Source: Eledone cirrhosa (lineage: Eukaryota). Taken from it: a DNA stretch of 64,000 bases. The DNA is taken from contig OZ024744.1 in NCBI GenBank assembly GCA_964016885.1, forward strand, positions 67,642,001 through 67,706,000, given 5' to 3'. The notes under the pieces were generated by a model, which was not told where the DNA came from, did not search any database, and saw only the letters and a program-made list of their open reading frames with translations. Positions within the stretch are counted from its first letter, which is position 1. Each line of letters starts with the position of its first letter. A program made the translations under genes and the position numbers. Below are positions 38,600 through 52,019 of this stretch, one piece after another.

Positions 38600-39325
38600 A
38601 TAATGAAATTATTGTGTACAGAGCTCAGGTGCACTACAACTCATCAAAGGTGCATGTATAGAACATACAATAATGTACAAATGCCAGGAAAGTGAACAGT
38701 GTACGAGCCATGAAATACATGTGTGCGTGCGTATGGTGGGGGTATATCAGGTATAGTGTTGGCGAATCACAGGAAGCATGGAGGTTTTAAAGGATACAGT
38801 GTCTCAACAGCTAACAACTGATGCAGGTAGTTTGTTCCATGGAGGTTTTAAAGGATGCAGTGTCTCGACAGCTAACAACTGATGCAGGGAGTTTGTTCCA
38901 TGGAGGTTTTAAAGGATACAGTGTCTCGACAGCTAACAACTGATGCAGGTAGTTTGTTGCATGGAGGTTTTAAAGGATGCAGTGTCTCGACAGCTAACAA
39001 CTGATGCAGGTAATTTGTTGCATGAAGGTTTTAAAGGATGCAGTGTCTCGACAGCGAACAACTGATGCAGGTAGTTTGTTCCATGGAGGTTTTAAAGGAT
39101 GCAGTGTCTCAACAGCTAACAACTGATGCAGGTAGTTTGTTGCATGGAGGTTTTAAAGGATGCAGTGTCTCAACAGCTAACAACTGATGCAGGTAGTTTG
39201 TTCCATGCTTCAGAAACTCTGAGTGTGAAAAAATGTTTCCGAAAGACATGGGAGCTGTGCTGTTTTCTGACTTTGTTGGCATGCCGTCGTGTGTTAGACA
39301 CATGGAAATCAAAAAGGTGCTCAGG
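38600..39325 (-). mobile_element. CR1/L2-type LINE 3' end containing a 61-bp x7 tandem amplification
   Basis: Minus frame RKHFFTLRVSEAWNKLPASVVSC (CR1-type WN.LP motif); unit starts at 38778, 38839, ... 39144. Confidence 0.78.
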
Positions 39326-39438
39326 GTACTCACAGTTTGGTTTGGTTTTCGCTTTAGTATATTTTATAACCCTATAGTTAATTTAGCTGTTTAGAATGTT
39401 TATCATTGATTAACCAAACGTTAAAAATACAGATATAA

Positions 39439-39524
<86 letters not shown>

Positions 39525-39844
39525 ATATTTGGGGAGGGCCATATTGTTATAATATTGCCAGAAATAATAAAACACACTCACTGTTTGGTTTAGGTTGGGT
39601 TGGGTTTTGCTTTAGTATATTTTATATCCATCATCATTATCATCATCATCATCGTTTAACGTCTATCTTCCACTCTAGCATGGGTTTAGACGGGAATTGT
39701 CCCACTTGAGGCAAGATTGCTCGTATAGGACTGTCTGGTAGGTTTTCTACGACTGGATGCCCTTCCTATAGTTAATTTAGCTGGCAATCAATGTTTATCA
39801 TTGATTGACCAACAGTTTTTAAAAATATATATATATATAGTTTC

Positions 39845-39884
39845 TCAGAGTTCTTTCATCACACACCTGTGACATCATCAGTGA
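39845..39884 (-). ncRNA. Minimal type I hammerhead
   Basis: Minus strand: TCA CTGATGA T GTCACA-ggtg-TGTGAT GAAA GAAC TC TGA; same repeat family as 2233-2590 and 18810-19290. Confidence 0.65.
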
Positions 39885-40614
39885 TACTATTATGTTTTCT
39901 CCCATTGTATTACTTTAATGGTTTACTTATTCTATAAATAAATAAGTAAATCATTAATTGAAAAGGTTTGAAGTGATGAGTGTGTATGAATATTCGTATA
40001 ATTAGAGTATTCTCAGCATGAAAGGTAGCTGTAACAGCTGGATACTATTGGCATAGTAGAACATTTTTGGGGGGTTAAGATATAACCACAAATTGAACGG
40101 AGAGTGGGAGAGAAAGGGAGAAAGAGAGTCAAAGTATGAGATGACAAATGAGAGGGTTATAGAGAGAGAGAGAAGGGAAGAGGAGGAGAGGAGAAAAATG
40201 GGGATGAAAACGATGAAGCAGGACTTATGGAGAAAGACAGAGAGATGGATAGAAAGATGGAGAGAATAGACTAACAAGAAAAAGGGGAATGGGAACTTAG
40301 CGTTATCTGAATTGTCAGCTTCCCACTATAGTATAATACCGTAACATAGTTTCTTACGTAAATAAATAACTTTTGACGTTACTTCTCAGATATTTTGGGG
40401 GGGTTTATGCTATTGTTTTTCATTTTAACATTTCTGTTTTGTTGTCATCTTAGATTTTGATATTCATTGTATTTTCTGATTCGCTACATGGTAAATATAT
40501 CATAACTTATTTATAGTGTGAATGATGTAAATGGTTGGATTCGTTCGCTACCCTCACAGGACTCAATTTGAGGTCGTTTGATTGCCATATTCGATCACGG
40601 GATGGCTGCTAATA

Positions 40615-40645
<31 letters not shown>

Positions 40646-41664
40646 TGTATGTATGTATGTATGTATGTATGTATGTATGTATGTATGTATGTATGTATGT
40701 ATGTATGTATGTATGTATGTTGGTGCTACTGGTAACATGTATCCCAGTACAACCTGTCTCATGGTCGGGTCGTTGGCGACTAAACTGGCAACCCCACCAA
40801 GGTTTCTTGGTGAGGAGGGTGACTTTGGACATCCGGCAGGACTAAAAACAAAACCTGTCAAAGGGCAAAGGAGCTCTTAAGAGTCAATGGCCATCCAAAA
40901 TCACCGGGAGAGATGACCCCTTAGCCTTTGTCAAGGCAGAATTCTAGGAGAAGGAAAACTCTGATATAACACCTGCAACCCTGATTGTATCCAATGATGT
41001 TGACTTGTTCTTCTTTTTGGTAAATATCATCTTGGTTAAGAGAGTGGGACTGGCTTTGTGCAGTGCCTTTGCTCACTATAAAAGCTTCACAGCACAGGCA
41101 TTGCTTTATATCTGGAGATCTCTCTGCACTTGTCGTCACATGGTAGCATGGGCCCAGCACTATGTGTCAATAATTGTCACAGGTGTAGTGTTTGTACCAG
41201 AGTTTTCAAGTCGCTGGCTGGACTAAAAAGTCACACTCGTTCAGCGGATCGGTAGGGGTTCTCCTACATGGATATAAAGTAGTGGCCGTACTCGAAAACG
41301 AGTTGGCAGCCACCATGTATATATGTATGTATGTATATATGTCAGGTCACCAGTTGGTGCTACTGGTAACATGTATCCCACATACATACATACATACACA
41401 CACACGTATACACACACACGTATACACAAACATACATACATACTTACGCGCATACAATTATACACACATATACACACATACACTTACACACCCACATACA
41501 AAGATGATACCAGCTTTCATTCTTCTATAACAACCTTGGGCAAACTCCAGCCAATGAGCTACATACTGCCAGTTTAGTTTTCTGAATGAAATGTCTAATT
41601 TCAAAATTGGTGCCCACTGCTAAAACAAAATTAAGGAGCATGTCTGTTCTACAACCTTCTTTAA

Positions 41665-41885
41665 CCCTTTAGCATTTACATTACCCTATATATACTATTG
41701 TATTTTCACAGTAAAGACTTTATCTTACATAATTATCTCACATAATATAAAATCTATAAGATCTTGATATTATTTATTTTGAGAACAATACCTTAACATG
41801 AGTATGAGTGGCCAGTTATGGGTAGTTTGAACAGAAAGAGGTGAGAGAATTCTAGGCGGACATGGCTGGTTTAAATGCTAAATGG
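41665..41885. mobile_element. piggyBac-type MITE (221 bp)
   Basis: TTAA|CCCTTTAGCATTTA ... TAAATGCTAAATGG|TTAA. Confidence 0.8.
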
Positions 41886-42511
41886 TTAATCATGTGTCAT
41901 CGTCCACATGCAATCTGAACACCTCACACAAATCCTTCACTTATTACATAAGCAGACATCTTGAAAGCCATCTTCAATGAGATTGTACCAATCTCATCTC
42001 TTTCAACAGCCCCCACCCCACCCAAAAATCAATAATAAGCACTGCTGAGGCCAAGAAAACATTATCACGTCTTTTTCCCCTCCCCTCAAGCATGAGCTAC
42101 ATACAACTTGAGCTCTCATGATCTATAATGGCAAACAGAGGTTATTGACATAGCTTGGACCATATCTCAAAAACTAGCCCTTCTCTTCAAAGCCAGAAAA
42201 TAATTTAACTATAGGCACTCTTGAATTGTTCATCTCTCCCTTCTTATCTTTACACATGTTGAGTCCGTGTCACTTCCCTAGCGAGGCTCTAACTATATGC
42301 CCAGTCCTTCTTGCTCAGAAATCTCTGGCTCACAGACATGGTGTCTCTCCACCTCTCTCTCTCTCTCAGCCAATCTACTGCTACTACAATAGTCTAGAGC
42401 AAAGATTCTCAACAGGAGGCATATGCCTCCCCGGGTGGGGGTGGGGGGCGTTTCGGAGCTCCAGGGTGTGTTTTGGAACAAGGGGGGCGTTAGGGGCGTT
42501 TGAAGCTTTTA

Positions 42512-45500
42512 CAATTGCGTGCAAGACTGTTTCAATGTCCTGCGCGCATCTTGGACACGTCCTCTTGGAAGGATCCCTGCCGGGGCGTCTGTGCCTGTAG
42601 ATCTTGTCACGAACTGGTAGAGCTCCTCGGTAGCATTTCCAGGCCAGGGATTTCTGGAAGTTGTCCATAGGTCCCGGGCGGAAAGTCCTACCAACAGACT
42701 GGTGAGCTCATCGTCTTCGACCCCCAGAGTCTCTCCGAGCACGTCGTCGCCCTTGTAACGTACAATCCCTCTATAGAATGTCGAAGTGTAGTCTCCACTG
42801 ATTGCTGCGCCCGCTTCCCCGAGGACTGTGAGCGCCTGAGCGCATTCAATGTGCCAGGCGCCCATTGTTTTCGGTCTTTTCTTGACCCAGGACTGCAGCT
42901 CCGTCAGCGAGACGAGCTGTGGGGAAGCCCGTCAATCAAACGGTGCCCAGACCGGTTGGGGGTCGGTGAGGAATACCTGGAGATGCCGCAGCCTCAGCGC
43001 ATGTTTGCGCATCATCAGCCACGGCATTCCCAGCCCTCCGTTGGAAGGGTGCTGACAGCAGACGGATCTCCTCACCAGCGGAGCCTGCTCCTTCCAAAGA
43101 AACTGGAAGAGCATGCGTTCCATCTTGGCGAGGTGTTCACGGGGACAAAGTACGACAGTCAAGCGGTAGTAGATGACGGACGCTATGAAAGTGTTCGCCA
43201 CTTCCGCTCGACCTTTCAAGGACAGTTTGCACTCTGCCCACTTCTGGGGCATGACCTCGTTCCAGTTTTTCTCCACCTGGAGGTCTGAACCGAACCAGAC
43301 CCCAAGCAATTTCACCGGTCCGTCCGTCCAGCGTCCAACGACGCTGTCGCACTTCATCGGTTTGCCTCTCCACGTACCGAGTTGCAAACCGACAGACTTG
43401 TCCGGGTTTAGTTTTGCTCCCGTCAGCGTTTCGTATTCTTTCAGTTTGTTGCCATCACCCCGATTTCCGCGGTGCTCGACACCATTACCGTCACCGCTTT
43501 GCACAGTCCCGGTTCTAGAGGGAAGCCCTGTAACAGTGCCAATTTCCGCAGTAATGGCTCTAGAGTCAATACATACAGAATGGAGGAGAGAGGGCACCCC
43601 TGTCGAATGGAACGCGTGACTGCGAACGGCTCCGATAGGTAGCCGTTCACCTTGACCCTCGAGCAGATGATGGTGTGCATCGCCTCGATCCAGCCTCTGA
43701 AAACGGGACCGAAACCGGCCGCCTTGAGAACCGCTTCCAAGTATCGAAGGTCGACCCTATCGAATGCCTTAGACTGATCCAAATTGATCAGAGCCCCACC
43801 GAAAGCGGGTTTACTACCCACCCTCTCTATGATGTATCACATGAGGTGGAGGTTGTCGTGTATGGACCTGGTCGGGATTGCACACGTTTGCGCTTTCCCT
43901 ACCAGGTTCTCGACGACAAGCGCCAACCTCGTCGCTAGCACCTTGGCCAAAATCTTTAACTCTGTGTTGAGCAGAGTTATGGGCCTGAAGCTGTTAATTT
44001 CGTCCCCCTTGTTCTCATCTTTCCTGATCAGCGTTACTACAACCTTGCCTGCAGAACTGGGAATTCTCCTGTTCTGCTGCCAATTGCAGTAGACAGCTTC
44101 GAGGACGCCAGAGAACAAGTCCGGCAAGCCTATGTAAAACTCATAGGGTAGACCATCTAGACCTGGTGACTTGCGTTTCCCGCAGCGGCTCAGAGCATCC
44201 CGTATAGTGTTCGTGATCGGTCTTTCGCAGAACTCGGCGTCCGTGTTCGAGAGACGCGGCAGGCCGTCGAGGTATGAACTAAAGTCCATTGCCCCGTTCG
44301 GCTCACCGTTGTTCTGCTCAAACAGTCGCGAAAAGTGCATCTGAAAGGCCGCGCACATTTGATTGGGGTCAAGTAGCACGCGTCCGTTTTGGTCTTTCAA
44401 AGACCGAATTGTGGACTTGTTGCCACTTTTTGCCTCCGCCACTCGGGCCCAGCTGACTGCTTTCGCTCCTTCGTTTCCTAGAGCACGTGTTTTGCTTCTA
44501 ACCACGCAGCCATCGTGTTTCGCGTCGAAGAACTGGTCCAGTGCCGTTCTCGACGCTAACACTCTAGCCGCGTTGCCACTTCTAAGTGCCTCCTCTACCT
44601 TGGCTACTAGTTCTCTTTCTATTCTTTTTTCCTCTAAAGCTAACTCTCTGCTATACCCTATCGATTCTATTCTAATTGCTTTCTTGAGAGAGTACAACCA
44701 TCTATTGTTTACGATGGCTCCCGTTAACTGTTGCTTGACTAGTCTACTTATCCGTTCACTGTAAGCTTTACGTGCTGGCAACGACACGTTCAGCTTCCAG
44801 TATCCGGGTCCCTGTCTATGTATTCTATCACGGTTGACTAAGCAGACGACTAACTTGTGATCTGAATAGGCAACCATGTGCATTCGTGGACAACTTAACA
44901 TCTCCTTGTCCCTTTCTCTAATGAAGAACCTATCTAAATACGATCTAGATGTCCCACTGCGGTTTACCCACATCCACTGTGGTGCAGTCGGGAAATCCAG
45001 TCGATACCTATCGGCCAGTTGGAATTGGCCGATTAAAGTTTTGAGGCTGTTGCACCCCGCTCTACTAGGACATGCTCCCACATAGTCCCATCGAGCATCT
45101 AGGATACCATTCCAGTCCCCCACTAAAAGTAAAGAGCGAGATGTTCCCAGAAAAGACTCTAGACGCTTAAAGATGTCTGTCTGTGATTGCGATTGCCCGG
45201 TCGGGGCATAAACGGCCACTAGTCTGAAGGCTCCACCTCCAATACTGTTCACGTCTAGGACTACCAGTCTACCCTCCGGGTCCAAGTGTACTTGCTGTAC
45301 TTCGACGTCCAGGTTCTTCCGAAACATGACAGCCACTCCCCTTCCACCTCCTGGCTGATATAGAGATGCGTAGATCTCAAAGTCGTCGAAGATGGGAGCT
45401 AGTTGCTACCTGTTGTGGATCCTGGACTCGGTGATGGCTATCACATCCATACCGTGTGACCTAAGGTCGTTTAAAAGTTGGCCCTGTTTCCAGGGCATCC

Positions 45501-47330
45501 TAGGCCACGCACATTCACGCTTCCAACTCGTAAACTAGCCATGTTGGTGGAGAACAGTTGGCGAAAAGGACGAAAAGGTGCACTTACCTTTTCGTTTTCT
45601 GGAGATCGGGTTGTTCAATCTCTATTTCAGTTCTGGTGGGGGTGTTGGGTGGGGTTGGGAAACATTTAAATAAGACGCGGTTAATTGCGAAAACTGTTTT
45701 TTCAATTTCTGATAGGTTTCTATCGAAACCCTTATCAGTTTTAGGTGTGGAGACTATTCTGCTTTGACAAAAGTTTTGCTCTCCATCTCCACCTTGGGGT
45801 TTTGGGAGATGACCTCCATCAAACTCTTGTTGTTTGTGTTGATGTATACGTATTGTTGTTTGTGTTTTTGTTGTGTTTTAGTTTGTTGTTCTTCCGGGAT
45901 TTTTCTTTTTATGGTGGGTGCTTGTGTTTGGGGTGGTGTTGGCGCTGGTTTTGCTGATAGGGGGATGTTTGACTTTGGTGTTGTTTGTGTTGTTTGTGTT
46001 GTTGTTTGTGTCTGTGGTTGTGTGTTTGTGTTGGTGTTGGTGATTGGAGTTTTGGGGGTTTTGTGGTGTCTCTTTTTTTTGTTTTTTAGATTTCCGAGGC
46101 TCTCCTTCTTCTTCACTTAAAGAAGGAGAAGCAGCCTCATCTGTCGGTGAATAATCATCGTCAGGAGTGTGGGGTAGGTGTATGTTGTGTTTGTGGTGGT
46201 GTTTCGGTGTGTGTGGTGGTTTTTCGGTGTGTGTGTTTGTGGTAGTGTTTGATGGAGTGGGATCGGGTGGGGCTGTGTTCTTCAGTGGTGTTGTCTGTGT
46301 TTTTTTCTGTTGTTGTTGGTTGAGTGGCTGTTTGTTTTGGTGTGTTTGCTCGTTTCGTCTGTTGTTTTACTTGTGGTGGTGGTTGTTTTGGTGTTGGTAA
46401 TAGTGTTTTTTTAATGATGTTGTGGTGTGTTTGTGAAGGACAGCAGGCCTTTAGGTGTGCTGTGCTACCACAGCGAAAGTAATGAAGTTTTCGACCCTCC
46501 ACCGTAATACTTATTTTGTTGTTGTCGTCGATGACGACTTTTTCGGGTATTTTGGAGATTCTCTCCGGCCTCATTTGCATCAGAATCTCCAAATCAGTAC
46601 CCGCCCACCTTTGTCTAATAGACTTTCGTATCGAAAGAATCATATCAGTCTCTGGCTTTACGAAGCCAGCCAAGATCCACCAGATGTTAATGTTTGGTGG
46701 TATATATATATATTTTTTTTTGTGTCCTTTTCTCCATGTACGTAGGGAAAAGGGTGAATGCTTTTGACACCATTGGTGTCACAGAATGTTTTTGGGCAAG
46801 TGCCTCGCTTTTAAACAGTACGGAAACACTTTCGTACTGTTTTCCTCGTTGGAGAAAGTCAATATTTGCTAGAGTCTCCTTGAAGGTGGCTTCTATATCT
46901 GCTTGACTAGCAAATATCAGCTTTCTCGTTGTGTTGGAGACCGTCCTAAAGGTCACCGTCCTTCGAACTGTCTCTTCTTTTATTTCGAGGGGTGAGTTAA
47001 TTCTAAACCCACCCTTGTCTTCGAAAGTTACAAATTTTCTCCCTTTCTGGAGCATATCTCTTGCATTGGAGATGTCAAGATTTATAAAATCATGTTTTTT
47101 GTTCACTGTTTCAGCGAAAGATATTTTTTTGTGTGGTGTTGCTGTTGTTGTTGTTGTTATCGTTGTTAGCCTCGGTGTTGGAAATCTCAATTTCTTGACG
47201 AGGTGAAACTTTATGTGTAGATGTATCTATGTTGTTGACGTTGTTGACGTTGTCCTTTTCATGTGTATGTATGTTAATAGGTTTAATTCCTGCTTTTTCC
47301 TGTGTGTTATTGTTCCTGTGTGTCCTGAAC
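42512..47330 (-). mobile_element. Near full-length Tx1 LINE lacking its 3' end, degenerate
   Basis: ORF1 pieces 46687-47190 and 46161-46673 (FRCGSTAHLKACC). ORF2 ATG at ~45542; APE-RT pieces 43837-45336, 43441-43821, 42932-43597. Ends inside the CPRC knuckle. Confidence 0.92.
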
Positions 47331-47399
47331 AGCCTGAATTTTATGCCGTACGGTGTTAAGGCAACCACGTCACCTTTTTGTTCAACACTGACACAGGAA

Positions 47400-47440
47400 C
47401 GATGTACTAGTTTCAATCTTATTAGCTATCGTCAGCATCG
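47400..47440 (-). ncRNA. Type I hammerhead
   Basis: Minus strand: CGATG CTGACGA T AGCT-aata-AGAT T GAAA CTAG TA CATCG. Confidence 0.7.
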
Positions 47441-48040
47441 TATACCTTCCTGCCAGATGGTTAAACGTCTGAAAGTATATACTTTGCTTATGCATATTAA
47501 CGGCTGAGCAGCCTAATTTGCATATCGAGTGAGGTCAGTCGGCCGGACACACCGAAAACGATAAATGGAATAGAATGAAACGAAATTTCATTTCTCACTC
47601 TTAGTACTTAAATGTAAGTATGCATGTATGTATACGCACATACATATATGTATACAGACGTACAGTAGTATGTATATATATACACACATGCACACATATA
47701 TATATGCACGTATCGGTTTACCGAACATTTATTATAATGCTCGGTTTGTTTGTTTGTAAACAAACAACGTAGTTCGGGCTATGTGCATGTGTGTATATAT
47801 ATACATACTACTGTACGTCTGTATACATATATGTATGTATGTATACATACTTCCTTACATTTAAGTAAGTGCCGTACTAAGAGTGAGAAATGAAATTTTG
47901 TTTCATTCTATTCCATTTATCGTTTTCGATGTGCCCGGCCGACTGAACTCACTCGATATGCAAATTAGGCTGCTCAGCCGTTAATATGCATAAGGAAAGT
48001 ATATACTTTCAGACGTTCAACCATCTGGCAGGAAGGTATA

Positions 48041-48081
48041 CGATGCTGACGATAGCTAATAAGCTTGAAACTAGTACATCG
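48041..48081 (+). ncRNA. Type I hammerhead
   Basis: CGATG CTGACGA T AGCT-aata-AGCT T GAAA CTAG TA CATCG; stem I extends as GGAA/TTCC past a GGTATA bulge. Confidence 0.8.
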
Positions 48082-48250
48082 TTCCTGTGTCAGTGTTGAA
48101 CAAAAAGGTGACGTGGTTGCCTAAACACTGTACGGCGTAATTCGCGCTGTTTGTGTACGTCTGTATACATATATGTATGTACGTATACATACATACTTAC
48201 ATTTAAGTAAATGCCGTACTAAGAGTGAGGAATGAAATTTCGTTTCATTC

Positions 48251-48291
<41 letters not shown>

Positions 48292-50116
48292 GTTGTTATT
48301 TGACGTTGTTGAAAAGAGCAGTGGCCTTTGACCCAGCAATAAAAACTGGAGGCAACATTCTTTCTGCACCAAAAACAAGGCACACACAGACACACACACA
48401 CACACAAGTTTGTTTGTTTGTGTGTGTGTGTTAGTGTGCGCGCACGCGTGTATGTGTGTATCTATCTATATATATATATATATATATATTTATAAGGGAT
48501 ACAGATATTGTTTGCTCAATTCATCTCAATTCATTCATTGCAACTAAGTTTCTGATCGAGGCACTTTATTTTGCAAGGTACTATTTTTCCCTTGAGTTTG
48601 TGATTCAAGAGAAAGGTAAGAAATTCTTCATATTTTGTATCTTTTGTATTTTGACTTTACAGTTTGAATTGTAGAATTGTCTATCCACTCAAAATATTAC
48701 AACACCTAACAGTGAAATATAGAATTTAAAAACAAAAGCTTTTTCGACTAAGATCAAATCTTTGAGAACATTCACGTCTATTTTTCAAGAATATATAATT
48801 TGATATAGCTTGCTTTTGTTTTGGACTGAAACTTTTTTGTATTTAATTCGTACGAGTAAGTTTTAAAGATTCTAACATAACTTCAATTGGCCCAGTAATC
48901 TACTGATATCAAAATATAGGGTATGGGGGGGGGCGTTTCGTGATTTCGAGGGGCCGAAATAGGTTGAGAACCTTTGGTCTAGAGTCTGGCTGGCTTCATG
49001 TCACTTTCTTATCTCACTCTTCTTATCTTTACCCATGTTGAGTTAGTGCCCCCCCCCCCCCGCCCCAGCAAGGCTCTAACAACTATGCCCAGTCAGTCCT
49101 TCCTACATAGAAACCTCTAGAATTTCCTCCCTGCTCATGGTTGTCATCTATACAAGTCAACTTGCAATAATTCAAGTAGTGTGAATGGCAGCAATCTCTC
49201 TCTGGTCTCAAAGAGAGATTGTGAAAGTCATGGGATCTACCACTTCCTTTAAACCAAGCACACAGACACACATATACACATAAGCAACTACATACACATA
49301 CATATCTGCTTACACAGACACACAAACACACATACACACATACACACATGCACACACACACATATATATATGCAACTACATACACATACATACCCACATA
49401 CACATACAAACACACACATACATACCCACATACACATACAAACACACACACATGCACAAACATACACATAATCAACTACATACATATACATTCCTGCTTA
49501 CACAGACAACACACGTGCACACATACACATGCACACACATGTTCACACATACACACATGCACACACATACACACATGCACACACATACAGATATGCAACT
49601 ACATACACATACATACCTGCTTACGTAGACACACATGCACACACATATACACATGCACACATATACGCACATACACACATGCAAACACATACACACAGCC
49701 CAACCAGAATTCCTTTCCTGTAACAATAAATAATTATATAGTAATAAGTAAAAACAAGAAATTACAAATTATAAAGAGAGAGTTGGGATGATAGAGAGAA
49801 AGATAGAAAGATAGAGAGAATTAGAGTGAAAAGGGGAGAAAGAGGGGGAAAACACAGGGGAAAATGAAAGAAAGAATAAAACAATGAATGAAAGTAAAGG
49901 AAAGAATGAAAGAAAGGAATAAAGTTGGGAAGAAAGAAAGAAACAAACAAACAAAGTAACAAAGAAACAAAGAAACAAACCCTCCAAAAGACGAAAATTT
50001 TGATATTTCTAGTAGAAAAAAAAACCCCAAAAACCTTCTGAACCTGGGATGTTTGTAAAATATTCACCATTTTTATTTTGATGATTATTTATCATCAATA
50101 TTATTGTTGTCATCAG

Positions 50117-50295
50117 GTCGGTAGATTGGCAGTATCAGTAGAGGGTCGGACGTCATGCTTTGCAGCAAAGAGTTATAATCTGAGTTTAAATCCTGCCGAG
50201 GTTAACTTTGCCTTTCATCATTACGGGGTCGATAAAATAAAGTACCAGTAATGCAATGGTTAATTGCTGGCCTTGTGCCAACAGTAGAAACAATT
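50117..50295 (+). mobile_element. tRNA-derived SINE
   Basis: Same family, with an internal deletion. Confidence 0.82.
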
Positions 50296-50614
50296 ATTGT
50301 TGTCATCATCAGAATTATTGGCATCAACAGCTTGAACCAATGAGAGATACCTTTTATGTTGTGGCCAAACTGCTAGAAATAACAACAATATTCTCCTCAG
50401 ATCACACAAAATTTTCTGGAAGTGTACATTGGATAATGAATGTCTATCTATCTAGCTGTCTGTCTGTATGTCTGTCTGTCTATCTATCTATTTATCTATC
50501 TATCACTCTACCAGACGTGTGTAACTTCGCGGAGAAGTTTCCGTTATTTTATGTAAGAAAAAAACGTGAGTTTTCAGTTAAATTTTATATTATTGTGTAA
50601 CTTGACCCCCCGTC

Positions 50615-51899
50615 TGGCGAACACTTTTATAGCGTCCGCCATCTACTACCGCTTGACCGTCATGCCAAAACGCTCTCCAAAATGGAGCGCGCGCTCTTCC
50701 AATTCCTTTGGAAGAGGCGGGCTCCTTTGGTGAGAAGATCCATTGCTGCCAACACCCTTCTAACGGAGGGCTGGGGATGCCGTGGTTGACGATGCGCAAA
50801 CACGCGCTCAGGCTGCGGCATCTCTACGTATTCCTCACCGGACAACCGGTGTGGCCCCGTTCGTGAGGCGAGCCTTCCCACGACTCGTCTCGCTGACCGA
50901 GCTGCAGTCCTGGGTCAAGCAAAGACTGAGGAAAATGGGCGACTGGCACATCGAATGTGCTCAGGCGCTCACAGCCCTCAGGCAGGCGTACCCGGCGATC
51001 AGTGGAGACTCCACTTCGTCATTCTATAGAGGGTTGGTCCGCAGCAAGTGAGATGACGCGCTCGGTGAAACTCTAGGCGTAGAGGAAGATGAACTGGCCA
51101 GTCTGTTCGGTAGGACCTTCCTCCCGGGATCGATGGACAACTTCCAAAGTCCCTGGCCTGGCAGTGCTACCGAGGAGCTCCACCAGTTCGAGACAAGCTC
51201 TACAGACATGGGCGCCCGGGCAGGGACCCTGCAAAAAAGATCTGTCCGAGGTGCGTGCGAGACGAAGAAACCGTCGCGCACGCATTCATACACTGCCCGG
51301 GCGTCACTGATCTGTGGGGCTATGTGGAACGACTATTGTCGCGGGTGGGACCAATCCGGTTGACCACCGAGTCCATTGTCATGATCAAACCGCCACCCTC
51401 CTTCAAAAACGAAGGAGAGGCGGTTTTCCTTTGTGTGATAGCTATGGCGAAAGAGGTTGTATGGTGGACAAGGTTGAAAGGGCTGAGGTCAGACACCTTT
51501 CTCTCTGGCCAACAACTGATTCTTTTTTCAAATACCACTTTGGAAGAAGAATCAGGATGGAGAGAGAGGTGCTGTACCCCAGCAAGTTTTATGAAAGGTG
51601 GGTGAAAGTGGCGAGAACGACCCGAGTGAATGGGCCTTCTCTCTATATCAGCCTGTAGGTTGAGGAAAAGGAGGAGGAGAGGAAAGGAGTACAAACTCTT
51701 CGTACTCCTGGAGATGAGGGTTGCACATATTTTTTCGGGGGTATGTGTTACCCATATAAACTGTCTCCCCCTATTGGGGAAAATCGACTAATTTTTTAAA
51801 TTGCATTTGTGATAACATTTTACACGTTTTTATTGTATGTAAACTTCCCCCTTTGTATTTGTCCCCTTCCTTTATGCCCTTGTGGCTAATAAAGAAGCA

Positions 51900-51903
<4 letters not shown>
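50615..51903 (+). mobile_element. 5'-truncated Tx1 copy
   Basis: Near-identical to 31376-32668 with small indels. Confidence 0.93.
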
Positions 51904-51984
<81 letters not shown>

Positions 51985-52019
51985 GTCTATTTGTATACCT
52001 ACCTCTATCTGTCTGTCTT

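Larger units (their letters stand above)
47331..48253. mobile_element. Inverted pair of ~430-bp HHR monomers plus a partial unit
   Basis: 47331-47700 is the reverse complement of 47781-48150; same family as 20400-21697. Confidence 0.85.
42400..48976. mobile_element. hAT (Charlie-type) element shell of 6.6 kb enclosing a LINE and an HHR array
   Basis: TIRs CAAAGATTCTCAAC / GTTGAGAACCTTTG; perfect 8-bp TSD GTCTAGAG at 42392-99 and 48977-84. Confidence 0.82.

Noticed and set aside
38778-39207. CRISPR-like regular array (also 35030-35345 and 53555-53962)
   Set aside because: Units are contiguous with no unique spacers, there are no cas genes, and the context is eukaryotic.
35400-42200. Host exons in the unique-looking stretches (35400-35770, 36610-36810, 41500-42200)
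   Set aside because: No clean ORF or splice pair; faint SDH and RT-like traces suggest an ancient LINE, too decayed to call.
48285-48900. hAT transposase remnant inside the 6.6-kb shell
   Set aside because: I could not recognise transposase motifs in any frame; a profile search is needed.
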